From the NCBI GenBank assembly GCA_951406725.2, contig OX597823.1, positions 75,020,001 through 75,084,000 on the forward strand: a stretch of DNA of 64,000 bases, read 5' to 3'. The notes below the pieces were generated by a model, which worked only from the letters and a program-made list of their open reading frames with translations, did no database searches and had not been told where the DNA came from. This document shows positions 12,941 to 27,060 of this stretch, piece after piece. The number at the start of each line of letters is the position of its first letter. Position 1 is the first letter of the stretch. The position numbers and the translations under genes were made by a program. Origin of the DNA: Octopus vulgaris. Its lineage: Eukaryota.

Positions 12941-15794
12941 ATGTTATCTCTTACTATTATCCAAGCCCTAGTAACCTTTCATAAAAAAAAGGTAATTCAC
13001 ATGCTTCAGCTAACAAGCAGTTCTTTAATTTTCAATTAGCGCAATATTGTTTTCCCTACTGCAATCTGGACAAATTCGACGTACATTCATTTGCATTATT
13101 TTGAAACTGAGTCCTTTGTTGATATTCAATGTGTATTTAAACCTTTCCATTGTGTGCGGGAAAGTTCCAAGTGTTTATGAAAGAGGAATTTGTACCTTTT
13201 AATCAAGTGAATTTATTTAAAACACTGGCAGTATGCCAAATGCACTTTATTAGCGTATGGCACAAAACATTTATGTTTTCATAGTGAATCTTATGCTTAC
13301 ATTACTCTACTCATATAAACAATATGATGTACATACATCTATAACATCTTTCTATGTGTAATATACAAATGCACGTATGTGAAATGGTTATGTGTTGTGC
13401 ATTTGTATAAAGAAAGATGGGGCAACGAAACAGCGGCAGAATGCCTGAGAATCAGGTGTGTTATGATTTATGTTTCTATCATACTCTCTCTTGAAAACCA
13501 CTATGCGACGTTGTTGCGTTCTCCAATATGTTGAATACCATATCATTTGGAATTAATGCAATAAATCTGCCTAATATTTTCCGAATTGCCTGACATTTAG
13601 ATGTGTTGTTTGTAAACGTGTTTACTTATAGAGTATGTTGCCAGGGAGAGCTCTACTATTTTGCCTTAAGTTTTAGTATGGAAGTCATGTTGTTACCGTT
13701 GAACGTTGTACAGAATATTTTGAAATTTAATACTTATGAAGATAGTACAAGAATGGTGGTCCCAAAACAGCTACGATTCAGAAGTAGAAATCTTCTTCCC
13801 AATAGTGTAATACAGTAATGTCTGTAACGTTAGATTCCAATATCCAAAGCGGGAAAAGTTCAATGCTGATTATTGAATTCTTTTCTGTCCCAACCCTCGT
13901 GTTGTTCATAACAAAGAGAATACATACCAAACAGTATCAGAGTAGCTTCGTTATATCGTAATGTGCTGTCCATTTTCGGTAGTGTTGGAGTGCATTACGG
14001 CGAAGGTTTTGATTATTGAATGAAAATCAAAATATTAACACAGACACACGCACAGACACAGACACATGCACACACTCACTTTTCCGTCATTCTTACTCGT
14101 TCAGACAGACAGACATACACACACATATATACATGACAATGTGTGAGCGTATGCAATAATACTATAGTTAACAGCAGGCTGATGCAACATATATCATTTC
14201 GGACGTTATTACACTCGTAGCAAATCCACACAGTAGTCTAGCATAGCCATTTCCATAGAGAATATATTATTTGTAAAGCAATCATTACAATATTACATTG
14301 AGAAGAATTATATAACTATGTGTATGTAGTATGTACGTGTGTGTCTCTGCATCTACACTCGTGTGCATGTGTGAATCTGTATGTGTGTGTGTGTATGTTT
14401 GTGTGGGTTCGTGTGTATATACTTGCATACAGACACACACAAACGTATTTTGTTTATAAGATGATTGTGAAACTCTGAGAATGAATATGTGTAGTGTACA
14501 CAAACACATACTTTCTTTACTGCATAAAATATTACAGACCACTGCGTTTTATGTTTTAGTAGTATCGCTTTAGGTATTATTATTGATGTTTTTAATCCAT
14601 CAATTTTATGTCACACATTCCTTATATGATTCTTGTCGATAGATTTTCATCTCTATATTCGCATTCCATTTTTCGTTCGATTAGTTTTCTTAAGATATTT
14701 TCTGCTTACTTTCTTTGAACATTTCAAATTACAGACATTATTATTTTGCTCAGAACTTATCCATCAGGACTTAGACACCTCTCATTGATACATATACTAC
14801 ATTTTATTTTTGGTCTCATATATTTTGCAGCGTTTGAATTATGGATACTATACCAGTCTTCTATTTAATTATTTGCTATTTCTAACATTTCCATTGGGAT
14901 TTATGTCATAGAAATATATTCCTTGAAACTTGTGTCTGTGCGGTATGTTGACGGAAAGATTATGTTTATTTCAAGTTAGCAGACATTTGTTGATGTAATT
15001 TCATTTAAAAATTTTGTTATAACAAATACATGAATGTCAATGCTGACAGATTCAATAGAATATTTATCTGATACCTGAATGAAAAAGAAGTGTGAGCATA
15101 TAACAGAAATAATTGGAGGAATATGTACAAATATTGCAATAAACACGATTCATTGTTACGCGCAACTCTACTTGGTCTGAAGTGTATATAAATATAGAAT
15201 TTTAACAAAGTTGCATTGGAATGACAAAAAGGATTAATATTTATATTAAAAACAGACAATATAACATGGTACACACGCATAGAGAATCAATATAATGCAA
15301 GTTTCCCTTAAAACAGGACATCCTTTGATGTAGATTTATCTATAGAAGTTTAAAGAAAATATTGGAAAATACACGTATTAGATACACAATAAAATGTAAC
15401 ACACTTATATAATCTTACATTATGAAAGAGAAGCTGATCTCGCTCTGCATTTCCATAACAACATTTACGTAGAGTTGGGGAAGAATGGGAGGAATCAATA
15501 GCGGAGTTTACCCGTGTTACAACGCATATTTAGATAGAGCGAAATCTGTTTCTCTCTCTTTCTCCCTCACAGTGAAAACGGAGAAGAGGAAAAAGTGTGT
15601 TGTTGAGAGCGAATATATTGAGAGGGAAAAATAGAGACAGATTGCGTAAGAGAGAGAGAGAGAGAGAATGTGTGTCACATATAGGTAAGTAGTGTTGTCA
15701 TCATAGTAATTAATATATTTAGATTAAAAATGCGGGAATTTAAGAGCAAGTCTCAACACAGGCAATATATACATCAAAATATAGCAATATATTT

Positions 15795-15847
<53 letters not shown>

Positions 15848-15996
15848 CATATATGTAATATACTTAATTATCTTTCGGTTGCTAGTTTGTTTGATTATGT
15901 TTCTACATATCATTCAACATATAGTCCACGCAAAGCAGACTTTAAAAAAATGATTTTCGCGACAATGATAGTTTGTTGTTGTTTTTGTCTAGAGAG

Positions 15997-16030
<34 letters not shown>

Positions 16031-16519
16031 AGAGAGAGAAAGAGAGAAAGTGTGAGGAAGAAAAAGAGGCAGAGAGACTGACAGATAAAGATCAAATTCG
16101 TTTCAAAATAAACAAACAGGTTGAGCATATGTGCTTTAATCGGCTGCGTAGCGACAACAAGCGACTAGCGAACCTATTCGTTAGAAATTTTTTTATTTTT
16201 TTCTAAATCAAACCACCCATAGAAAATATGTTTTCCATAAAACTTACATGAATATGTCATGTATTAACGTGTTCGTAATATAAAGCATATTAACGTAAAA
16301 GTATCACTAGACATGGAATCAATATACGCAAATGATTTCAAAGTACACATATACCAGTATGGTTTGAACAGTTCATTGGCTGACTATGAAGGAATGACGC
16401 CAAACCTGTTAACAATTATATTAATTTCAAATTTATTATTAATAACTGCATTTTCCCTAGATAAACTAATATATGTCTGTTCAAAGTAGACTTCAAAATC
16501 TATTAGTAGCGAATCTCTT

Positions 16520-16840
16520 GAAAATAGCCAACATTTGGTATGGATATAATACCAAGTACCTGCAGAAAAAAAAAGGCTTAATCCACAAAGAAAATGTAAT
16601 GCCGACGTGGTTTGTACATTAGGGAATGACGCTTCAGGTTCATCAACATTGCAAAGTGAGTAACTGAATTTTGGAGGAGATGGGAGGGGCTTGAAGAAGA
16701 GCCAATACCTGGACCTCCTGCGACTGCACCACCGGTGAAAACATTGATCGTCGTCACTGCATCGTAATCGATGACAGGCGATTGATTATAAATCAGATTT
16801 CAGATGCTATTAGCATAATTCACATGTCACAAGAAGGTAC
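16520..16840 (+). mobile_element. Second mariner transposase remnant (N-terminal HTH region)
   Basis: Pieces KYLQKK.GL; ADVVCTLGNDASGSST; GLEEEPIPGPPATAPPVKT (SLED.PRSGRP-like); VIDDRRLIINQISDAISI. Confidence 0.75.
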
Positions 16841-18219
16841 CCCGTTGTCAAATAAATATTAATGACATTTTTGCCGCAATTTGCATAATGAAATATTTGA
16901 TTTTGTGCAGAAAGTAAAAACTGAGAGATCGAAATATTGTGAATGCTGTGCTGTAGGGGATAAAATGCGTCTTGTGGGGCGTACGGAATTAAGCACATAC
17001 GTGTTTATTGGTTTCTCTCTTGGTCTTGTAGCCATATTAAAAATAAAATGAACTCTTCTCTACAACAACAAAGGGTGCATAATTGTGCAATTCTCTTCAA
17101 ATAATTTAGGCGATATTGCTGATGTTATATCATATTACAGATATTATTTGATTATCTCTTAATTCTACTAGTCTCAACTATTCCAGTTGATATTGATGCA
17201 ACAAATATACCTGATATATTTTGTGGAACTAAATTTCTGTAACTGATGGTGTGCGTTTTGGATTACTCTCAACTGAAACTAATCTTTATCTAAATTTCTA
17301 TTTTATTTTCCTTGATTTTAGATTACATTATAAAACTTTATTACAATTTTCGAACACATCCCTTAAAAAATCACGATCCTAAAGTTATGTGTAATACTTG
17401 TCTACATTAAATTATATTTCAATTTACTTTACGAATAAGGAATATGTTGCAACTTTGAATCGCATTGAAAGTTGGTTTCATATTCTAAAGTTATTTACTT
17501 ATTTCCATAAATCATTTCCAGAAGAAATGTTTTTCGTTAAAGACTATATCAAAAGCTTAATTGAGGGCAAAAAACATGCATTTTGCAACAAGCTACGCTA
17601 TTGTTCGGCGACTGAGAGGTGAAATGAATCCAATAAATCAATTGATCAATGAATAATATGTAAACAGCAAAAGTAATATACTGGGGGAATAGTGTGAGGC
17701 ATTCCAGATATCGAATACACAGTCTTAAACTTAAATTCTCGATACGAGTAAACGAGATTTTATGAAGAATTCACCATAATAAATCATAATATTCTGTACA
17801 TGTTCATACGGGAAATGAGTGTTATTCCATTATAAGCAATTTTATATCATTATAGTAAATGATAAAATGTAAAAAAAAAATGTATCCATGAAATACTACA
17901 AGTTGAGTTTGCTAAAATATTATATAAAAATGAATACTTCATTTGGAGAAGTAGGTCAATGTTTGGATATTACAGCCTCCTCAAAAATTAACAATTATTG
18001 GACTCTAAGCGGTTTTATATGTGGGACAGAAATGATGGTTGAAAAGTACCGATTAGCTCCATGTTAAACTCAATTAAACAAATACCGAAATTTACTTGAG
18101 AATTCGTTGATATAGAAAAATGTATATCAAAGTGTGTATATTTTCAAAGAGTTCATGAAAATTGTCGTTTAACTTACAACTCTTTACATATTTAAATAAT
18201 ATAGGTATCAAAGTTTTTC

Positions 18220-18590
18220 ACAAGTCCATAAAATTCCTGGAAGGGGTTCATTACTTTTATCCTAGTGTTCAACTGGTACTAAATTTCGCAACCCCCAAAT
18301 GAGAAAAAGCAAATTCGACCTCGTCGGAATGTGAACAGTAAAGGTAAAGACGGACAAAATGCTGCTATGTAATTTTTGCAGCATCATTAACGATTCTACC
18401 AATTCGTCGACGTGAATGATTACATATTATTAGTTCCAAATTTTGGCACCAGACAAGTAATTTCAGGCGACGGGTTAATATGATTACAACGACCCAAGCG
18501 CCCAACTGGCACTTGATTTATCGACCCCAAAACAAATAAAGGCAACGCCAACCTTGTTGGAGTTTGAACTCAGAACATAAAGACGGACGT
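18220..18590 (-). mobile_element. Two adjacent degenerate SINE family B copies
   Basis: ttcgacctcgtcggaatgtgaac (~18315) and ttatcgacccc..ggagtttgaactcagaac (~18518-18577). Confidence 0.65.
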
Positions 18591-19579
18591 CAAGGAAGTT
18601 CAAAGGTCACATATGGAGTTGAAACCGTTGTGGTCTTCCTATAAGAATCAAAATCTTATAATACTTTAAAGACACCAAAGATCGATCATAATCAAAATAG
18701 ATAACATGACAAGTTTGAATATGAGGATCGTCTCGGGAGGCTATAACTTTATTCTCTCCAATGCCATCGTGAGCGACATATTATGTGTATGATGTGAAAA
18801 GTACTGGAACAGCTCTGTACAAATAATGTTTACGTGAACTTTAAAATTCCCACATTGCTTGGTCACCTTCTACAAAAATCATACGCACATCACATCACAA
18901 CATTAAGATACAACTTATTCATTTCTTCTGGCATTACTTTCTTTAACATCACGCTTGCATACAGGAGATAAAAAATATCTTACAATGTTCAAAACGGGTC
19001 CTGGACGACTGTCTCCATCAAATTTTAAAAAATACCATCTAGACGCAGAAATATCTCTAATAAATAATTCTTTACTCGATTAAGCTTATGCTATGGTAAC
19101 CAAAGAATGAATATAATATGAAATACAGCTGAATATTTTTCTTAGGTGGTGGCATTAAATCAAGTATACCCTGGGCCAGTTTTGACCTAAACATATCTAA
19201 ATATGAAAGTATCTAAGCACACACGCACACGCACACTCACACACGCACACACCACGTACGCACACACATGCACACGCACAGGTATATACGTATATTCTAA
19301 GTGTAGGAGCTCGAGTGTGTCGAAATGGTATAGGAACGTAAATATTCTATTACATCAAGAAATTAAATGTGTTTCTGCATCTTCAAATATTCTATACACG
19401 AACTATAGAAATGCATCTTCAGGTATTGCAAGGCATCTGGAAAAGGAAATGTTTAAATTACATTTACCAGTATGTATTCATGTTAATAACGTATTGTTCA
19501 AAGTATGAACGTGGGTATTCTGCTGAGAAGAAATGCATTTTATGTTTCGATATTTCAGTAATGGACAGTTTGAACACTT

Positions 19580-19581
<2 letters not shown>

Positions 19582-19655
<74 letters not shown>

Positions 19656-19658
19656 GCA

Positions 19659-19702
<44 letters not shown>
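19582..19702. repeat. (CA)n microsatellite
   Basis: Read directly. Confidence 0.97.
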
Positions 19703-19706
<4 letters not shown>

Positions 19707-20039
19707 ACGAAATAAAATCTTTGTCTGCCTCTCTGTCTTTTTCTGTCTCTGTCCCTTTCTCACTTTCTTCTAAATTACTTGATTCTCAGTCATTCTGCCG
19801 CTATTTCTTCGTTCGATCTTTCTCTATACAAATGCACAACATACAAACATTTCACATACGTGCATTCATACATTACAGATACACAAATATGTTATAGAAT
19901 TACGTGCATTAGCTGGTTTATATGAGTAGAGATACGTAACCATAGACTGATGACATATTCATGGCAATTAAACGATTACCTTACATATTTTCAGCGAAAC
20001 ATGTTTTAATGTTACACTGTGAAATATGTATGGCTTACT

Positions 20040-21192
20040 CTTGAAACTAATTAAATAATTAGATATATTAATTTTTACGAAAACAAAATGTTGTCAGAAC
20101 AGAGGATAACAAAAGAACTAGTAAATTAAGATTTATACTTGCTTCTCTGAAGACGGATTATCTTTCGTATTTCGATCATCCTCTTCATGACGCACATGCT
20201 TGTAATTAGTTATGAAACAGTGGCGCGGAGTTTCAATTTTGACGTCGTTTAAATTATACGATTTCGGTTAATATTCTATTATATCTATAAAGAATACCTT
20301 AGATGAAGCGCATTGCAAGTTTGTAGCTAGCTATGTCACAAACTTTATTTCCTTAAGAGTAGATGCAAATGGAATTACAACCGTGTTTCGTGGTCTGCTA
20401 CCACAACAGCTCCTTCATAGGATCCATTTAGCTCAAGACATCATCAGGAGGAACAACGTCCGGTTTCCGCCCCTACTCCTCTACCGTTTTGACGTGGCGG
20501 GGCCCCTCTCCTTTCGGATGTGTCTTCAGCTCTGGTGTTGGGTGCATGGCCTCTTTCTTCCTCCTTCTTCTATTCCCTGGCCTCTTCGATGAATCGTCTG
20601 CGAGTGTCAGCCGGTGACTGACTGTCTAGTTAAATTTTTCCCTTTAAAGAACTGCCGCATAGACTCCAGCAGGCAGCCCCAGCAAGTTGTCACGTGAAAC
20701 TGTCTCACCTTAACTGACTAGTGAAAGCGCGTAGTTTTAGCCCGCGCGTTTTCTAAACGACCATCACCTGTCAGTCTGCGAAGCTGATTCAGTCAGCTTT
20801 TCTCACCTAATGATATTATTTCCCGTCGGCGTGTTTATGACTTTCAAGCCATTTTCGGTCTTCCCGCTTCAGCCATATATAGAAGCTGGCTTTTTCGACA
20901 GCCTCCTGTACTCTCCTTATTAGTTTACGCAGCTCGGGGCTAGAAAAAGCAAATCTTCTTTTGAAAAGCGTTGTCATTTTCTTGAAATAAATAATGAGAC
21001 ATATTAATTTTTATGAAAACAAAATGATGTGATAACACAGAAGTACACAAGAACTAGTAAATTACGATTTATACTCTCTTCTATGAAGACGGATTATCTT
21101 TCGTATTTCTATCTTCCTCTTCATGACGTACATGCTTGTTAATAGTTATGAAACAGTATCACGGACTTTCAATGTTGACGTCGTTTAAATTA
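20040..21192. repeat. Pair of ~215-bp diverged direct repeats (20040-20256, 20981-21192) around a GC-richer core
   Basis: Shared blocks gaaaacaaaatg, agaactagtaaatta, tgaagacggattatctttcgtatttc, gttatgaaacagt and ttgacgtcgtttaaatta. Confidence 0.85.
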
Positions 21193-21786
21193 GTTGTCGG
21201 GAAACGATATACTCTAACTAAGGTTTTGAAGTCTTAAAGAATATGACATTCAATCATTTCAACTCAGAATGCTACTTAATGACAATATTAAATATTCTAA
21301 TTAACGACAAAATTAAATATTCTAATTAATGACAATATTAAAACAAACGCCGAGATTTAATTTTCATTAGCGGGAAGTAAATAGTAATTAGATAGCTCGA
21401 AATATGAGAAAAGTATCGTATCTTAACAAAAGTGCAAGTAAATATATTAAAACGGACGTGATAGATGTTATGAAAACTGTCAAGAATGTAATCAATGGTT
21501 TATGAAACACGGCACATTAACGGGATAGGAATGTTTCAGTCAAATAGCAAATAAATATCTAGTTTAAATTCTACTGAGAAAAGTACAGGCAGCTGAGGAG
21601 GCGTAAAGTAAAAAAAAAAAAACTTATTTACATTGGAAGTATTCATAAACAATACTAGAACCTTGCTAGAAATTAAAGGAACCATCACGAAGATAAATAT
21701 CGTATCCCATATGAAACGCAGATATTTCGTTGTCAATTATGTAATGATTTTTCTCTCTTTTGCACTCTCTAATATCGATACAAACG

Positions 21787-21950
21787 CGGTATTTCGTCTG
21801 TCTTTACGTTATGAGTTCGAATTCCATCGAGGTCGAGTTTTCCTTTCATCATTTCAAGGTCGATAAATTTAGTACCAGTTGCGAGCTGTAAGCGATCTAA
21901 CTGACTGAACCTCTTCCTGAAATTTCGAGCGTTTAGAGTATAAAAGAATG
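21787..21950 (+). mobile_element. 5'-truncated SINE family B copy
   Basis: cggtatttcgtctgtctttacgttatgagttcgaattcc..gaggtcgag..cctttcatc..gtcgataaa..agtaccagt. Confidence 0.7.
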
Positions 21951-22447
21951 TTTTCAGTCTCCAGTGAAATATCTAAATTTGCTATTTATATATACTATGC
22001 AGATTTCAAATTTGTATAAGCATACTCATACACTCACAATTCTCACACAAGCGGGATGTTGCTCACACCTCGTCAGTTATCGTTCAAAAGATCTTTAAAA
22101 TTTCACGCCTTTAACAACAATTTCTTTTCACATTTGGTGGCGTCACCAGCGAGAAGCTGCTGCGACAGCGATAATGTTGGGAAGAAACATGACACAAATA
22201 TGAATAAACAAACAGAATAAAACAAGTATATAGAACATAGAAAGAAAAAGAACCGCTTCTAATACGATACGAATATACATTTAACACAAAAGCGGTCGTG
22301 TAAGACTAGAAGCGAAAAAGGGGACAGATGGAAGAACAAAACGAAGTTGATATAAAAGTGAACGTCGAAAAAACTATGTTGAAAGTATTGAGTAAGGCGA
22401 TGGAAGCGTGAATGAATCACTCAGCGGTCAAGCAGAAAAATGAAATG

Positions 22448-22785
<338 letters not shown>

Positions 22786-24314
22786 GTATTAGACGTTGCA
22801 CAGAAATATTTGTCTGAAGTGATAGAATGTAAGAGTGGTGTAAAAATAATAAATACCAAAATTTAAACAAATATAACAAAAGACCAAACAGCAAAAACCG
22901 TCACTTATCCAAACGTCCGTTATAATTTCACGCATTTGACGATAATGTTCAGCAGCGAGAATTTGCTGGGAATAGAGGGCAAGTATTAGGGGACAGTGAC
23001 AAAAAGAAAATACGACACATGTGTGAATATACAAATTTATATATAAGTTTATATAGATTCTTAAAAGTATGCAAAAATACACGCAAGGACACATATATAC
23101 AAATGTTGAAACTGTATATATGAATATGTGTGTTTGTGTGTGGTTGTGTGTGAAATTTTTATTCTGTGGTCTACTGAATCGTCGGTGGAAAATAGTTTTG
23201 AAATCTGGAGCGTTTGGAATGTTAAATCACTTTAAAATGAATTACTTTCGTGGTTGCATGGCTTTTTAGCTGATCATATATTTGCTCTATAAAACAAAAA
23301 CGTGATTTTTGTGTTTGCTGGTATATTCATAAATAAAGCTTTTTTATATCATAACCGATTGTTTAAATGAATATTAACATTTCAAAACATATATATATAT
23401 ATCACTATCTATACAAAAATATATTGATTTTTCGTAAACCTCGTGTTTCATTATCAATTGAAAGTCCATAGAAATATTTGGATCGAATCTATCTGACATT
23501 CAATAACAGCAGGATGCCAGATGGATTTCTATATAAAATGCAATACTGGATGATTAAAATTATATTTTTGTTTCATTAATGAAATGTGTAACCTCGGTGA
23601 ATAATAATTTTTCTTTTCTTTTTATGTCAGATAACAGCTTAGCATAGCGCAAGCAAATACCAACTCCAATTCACAAATCATTATAGGGTTCTGAATGTCG
23701 TTCTAATGATAAAGATTTCGTTGAAGTCAACAAAAACAACAGGTTCGCTATTGTACTTTACCGAGCACCAATTTTCTTTTCTCCTAATTTAGAGTAACAT
23801 CATATTATACTAGTTGCACTGGTCCCCGATTTTGAAAAAGAAATAATGCGTAACGGGCTTTCAAATATCACGTCAAAGATACGATTATTTCAGCGGAAAT
23901 ATTTTATGATATCTTATAAAATTAATAATTACGAAATGTTTAATACAAGGCCTTGACTATATGTGGAGCAATCTATCATGCTGCATAATAAAGAATCCGA
24001 ATATCGACATTATTAATTCTTTCTTGAAGTGTAGGAATTGTAATTTTCTGCAAATTTGAAGAAAATGCTTGTCATCTATTTGGCAGAAAATTATCATGAC
24101 TATAAAGTATGTATATTTTTATGAGTGTGTATATATGTGTACATATGTGCGTAACTGTGTGTGTATACGCACTGTTCTAGTTAACTTCCTAGATAGATTA
24201 ACAGTGAAATTCGATGAAATTTGGATTGGGTGGTTGTTACTGTTTGGGACGGTGGAGTCTATTTCATTTCGCGAATGAGGCCCACCAGGATATATTCTTT
24301 CCCTGAACGTCAAT

Positions 24315-24319
<5 letters not shown>

Positions 24320-24392
<73 letters not shown>

Positions 24393-24460
24393 TAGATGAT
24401 AGATAGATAGATAGATAGATAGATATATATATAGATAGATAGATATAGATATATATATAT
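24320..24460. repeat. (TA)n plus (TAGA)n microsatellite
   Basis: Read directly. Confidence 0.97.
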
Positions 24461-24851
24461 CTTGCAAACTTCATACGTGCCTTGTGATGAACTCCCTCAG
24501 CACCAGAACATACAAACACCACATATAACCAGAATATAATATATTTAGCAAACGAATACACAATCCAACACGAATTTTTCTCCAGATGTCAAACCCAATG
24601 AAGGTGATCACTCATAAGTTGTTATCCAATAGTAGCGCCCCTTGATATCCTGCTTTCTTTAGGAGGCGTATTGTGAATTCCCGAGATATTTCGTATGTTC
24701 ATCAAAAATAGAGAAAATTAGAATTCATCCATCTGACCGGCTTGAAGATATTAAGCTATTTTTCTTAATATGTGTAGGTATGTATATATATATATATATA
24801 TATATAAAATTGATCAAAATAAAAAAATAAAAACATGATGCCAAGGATTCA

Positions 24852-24929
24852 GCGGTACATATGTTTCGGGCCTTTATTAGACAGATTTATAACAATGCAT
24901 AATGTATGTCTGTGGCCTTCTTCAGCCGC
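24852..24929 (-). ncRNA. Minimal hammerhead ribozyme, mirror copy
   Basis: Reverse complement of 25096-25173 with one loop substitution. Confidence 0.8.
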
Positions 24930-25095
24930 GCACAACAACTTCCACAAGGACATGTGTTACATCAAAAATTCTAAGAACGAGATGGACGCTTCAATTCTAT
25001 GCTGCTGCCGCATTATGTCGTACGCGAATGAGAGGATTTGCATCCCCAACCAAGAATTTTTGATGTAACACATGTCCTTGTGGAAGTTGTTGTGC

Positions 25096-25173
25096 GCGGC
25101 TGAAGAAGGCCACGGACATACATTATGCATTGTTATAAATCTGTCTAATAAAGGCCCGAAACATATGTACCGC
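25096..25173 (+). ncRNA. Minimal type I hammerhead ribozyme
   Basis: GCGG-CUGAAGA-A-GGCC-[41 nt]-GGCC-C-GAAA-CAUAUG-UA-CCGC. Intact core, palindromic helix III CAUAUG, predicted cleavage after GUA at 25169. Confidence 0.8.
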
Positions 25174-25294
25174 TGAATCCTTGGCATCATGTTTTTATTT
25201 TTTATTTTGATCAATTTACTCCTCCACCTACACCACCAAACGGTATATACAGGTGCTTACAATTATCAAGTACTCACCCCGAATTTCTGTACTC

Positions 25295-25358
<64 letters not shown>

Positions 25359-25929
25359 TCCTCGACATGTCTTGACCGGAAGAGTCGGTGGAACATTATA
25401 GTTGTTAGTTGAATGTCACTTTTTTATATGTACTGATAACAATTTCACATGCATGCGGATCGCCGGATTCGCAAAGTATATAGGTATTTTCGGATGTCAA
25501 GTTCATAGAAAAGAACTGTAGTTTTACCCCGATCAAACGTTAGGAAATAAAGCAATAACATTATGCGAATCAGAAGCAGAAATCCTTTCGTCCAAAATTG
25601 CAAATAATAGCATGGATATATCGATGCAAATCTCTCGAATGTGTGATAATCATTTTATAGGAAGACACAATGGAGAAGATCTTTATACCACAGAAATTAA
25701 ATATTATTGCCAAGGAAGATAATTTGGTACGATGAATCCTTACAAATGTCCGTCGAGAAACCTGGATAAAGAAAATTCTTTTGATGAAATATGTCCTTAT
25801 TCACTGGTATAATAGTACTAGCTGTCACGCAGTACACCGGCTGAGTATGTAATGCAATATATGTTGAGTGGATGTCTGTACACGTATCTTGATGAGAGTC
25901 GCCTATGAATTTTATTCCATCCGGTCAAT

Positions 25930-27060
25930 TTTCAGCGCATTACCAATTTTAGTCTTCGGACATATTCCATCCTCAGTTGTTCTTCAATTACTTTTCCATG
26001 AATCCTTTCGACTCTAGTATGCCAGGGAATTTGTAGCTTTGTTTTTAATTTGTTTACTAAGTTTTCTCTTAGGTAATTCTATTTCTCCTAAGGACTAAAC
26101 CTTTCCTATTTTTAAGTACATTACACTCCACTTCTGGAGTCTGAACTCCAATTGAATATCAGTACTGAAACAGTGGACCGTGTTCAACAAATAACTCACC
26201 TGTGCCACATTAATGCTATACAGGTTTACATCATGCTTGAAAAAGAGGTGGACTATTGTTTGAGAGTTTCCCTTCAGCTGATATCTGAGGTTCATTTTCT
26301 CATGTACCAAGTTCAGATGAAATATGCAGAGAATAAAAAGCAACGGAGATAAACTGTCCACAGGGAACATCCTTCTTCCTATGTCCAGAATGCCCAAGAT
26401 TAAAGCTGGGATGTCAACTGTAAAGTCAATTATGAGGCACTTTCTATTCTCATTATCTACTACTACCAAATCAGGCCTTCTAACTTCTATTACTTTGTCA
26501 GTCTGAATATTAAAGTCTCACAACCTCTTGTATTTCTTACTTTCTAGTATTTTGCTAGGTTCATGTTCATACCGTTTCTCAGTATGTTCAAATCCTAACG
26601 TTCTACATAGTTCCCAGTGGATTTCTCTCCCTAGGTTGTCACGCCTTTTCTTGTATTCTTTCAGTACCAGCATGCTACATTCATTTAATGTATGGGTGAT
26701 GCTTCCCTCTTTTGATTTGTATAATCTACATTGGGAATCTACGTGTTTTTGCCTATATAGGCTTTTATCCTTAATGCTTGATCTTCTTCAGCTACTAACA
26801 AACTTTCTGTCTCACTCTTCAGCTGTCCTTTATGGAATAAACATGTCTCACTAGAACTATTTGCTGGAACTATCTTTGGGAATCCCTCATGCAACGCTTT
26901 CTCGTGCCTATTCTTGTTTTTCAGTTCGTTTGGTGTTTTGAATTCCCTGTGTTTTGGTGTGACTCTAACAGCTTTTAATAAGCTTACTTCACTATTACCT
27001 ACATAGGAATCTATATCTTTTGCAGCTACCTCCACGCAGTCAGTCTTCTACTTTATTAAC
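25930..27060 (-). mobile_element. R4/Dong-clade (RLE) non-LTR retrotransposon fragments, rearranged
   Basis: 27060-26415: KALH..LKSETESLLVAEEDQALR, zinc-knuckle region SITHTLNECSML..HWELC, DFNIQTD..RRPDLVVVD..CLIIDFTV (PD-D/ExK RLE). 26415-25930: RT motifs RRMFPVDSLSPLLFIL..HLFFKHDVNLY..FSTDIQLEFRLQK. Confidence 0.85.

Larger units (their letters stand above)
24807..25297. mobile_element. Fold-back element 1 in (TA)n: arms 24807-24972 and 25053-25217, 80-bp spacer, ~80-bp one-sided extension; PLE-derived non-autonomous element
   Basis: Arms are reverse complements with 1 substitution and a 1-nt indel; (TA)n on both sides; an HHR in each arm. Confidence 0.85.

Noticed and set aside
14760-15100. 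Strong minus-strand splice acceptor (ttctttttcattcag|G near 15075)
   Set aside because: No open reading frame or clear donor follows; it cannot be supported without transcripts.
20378-20452. Minus-strand CTGATGA..CGAAAC resembling an HHR
   Set aside because: No stem I partner after the putative cleavage site.
24835-25214. Pair of antisense ORFs with near-identical N-termini (MMPRIQRYICFGP..)
   Set aside because: A by-product of the palindrome; no recognisable protein features.
25480-25800. Possible very old plus-strand R4-type RT fragment (PD..K, WIKK relics)
   Set aside because: Too degenerate to support by eye.
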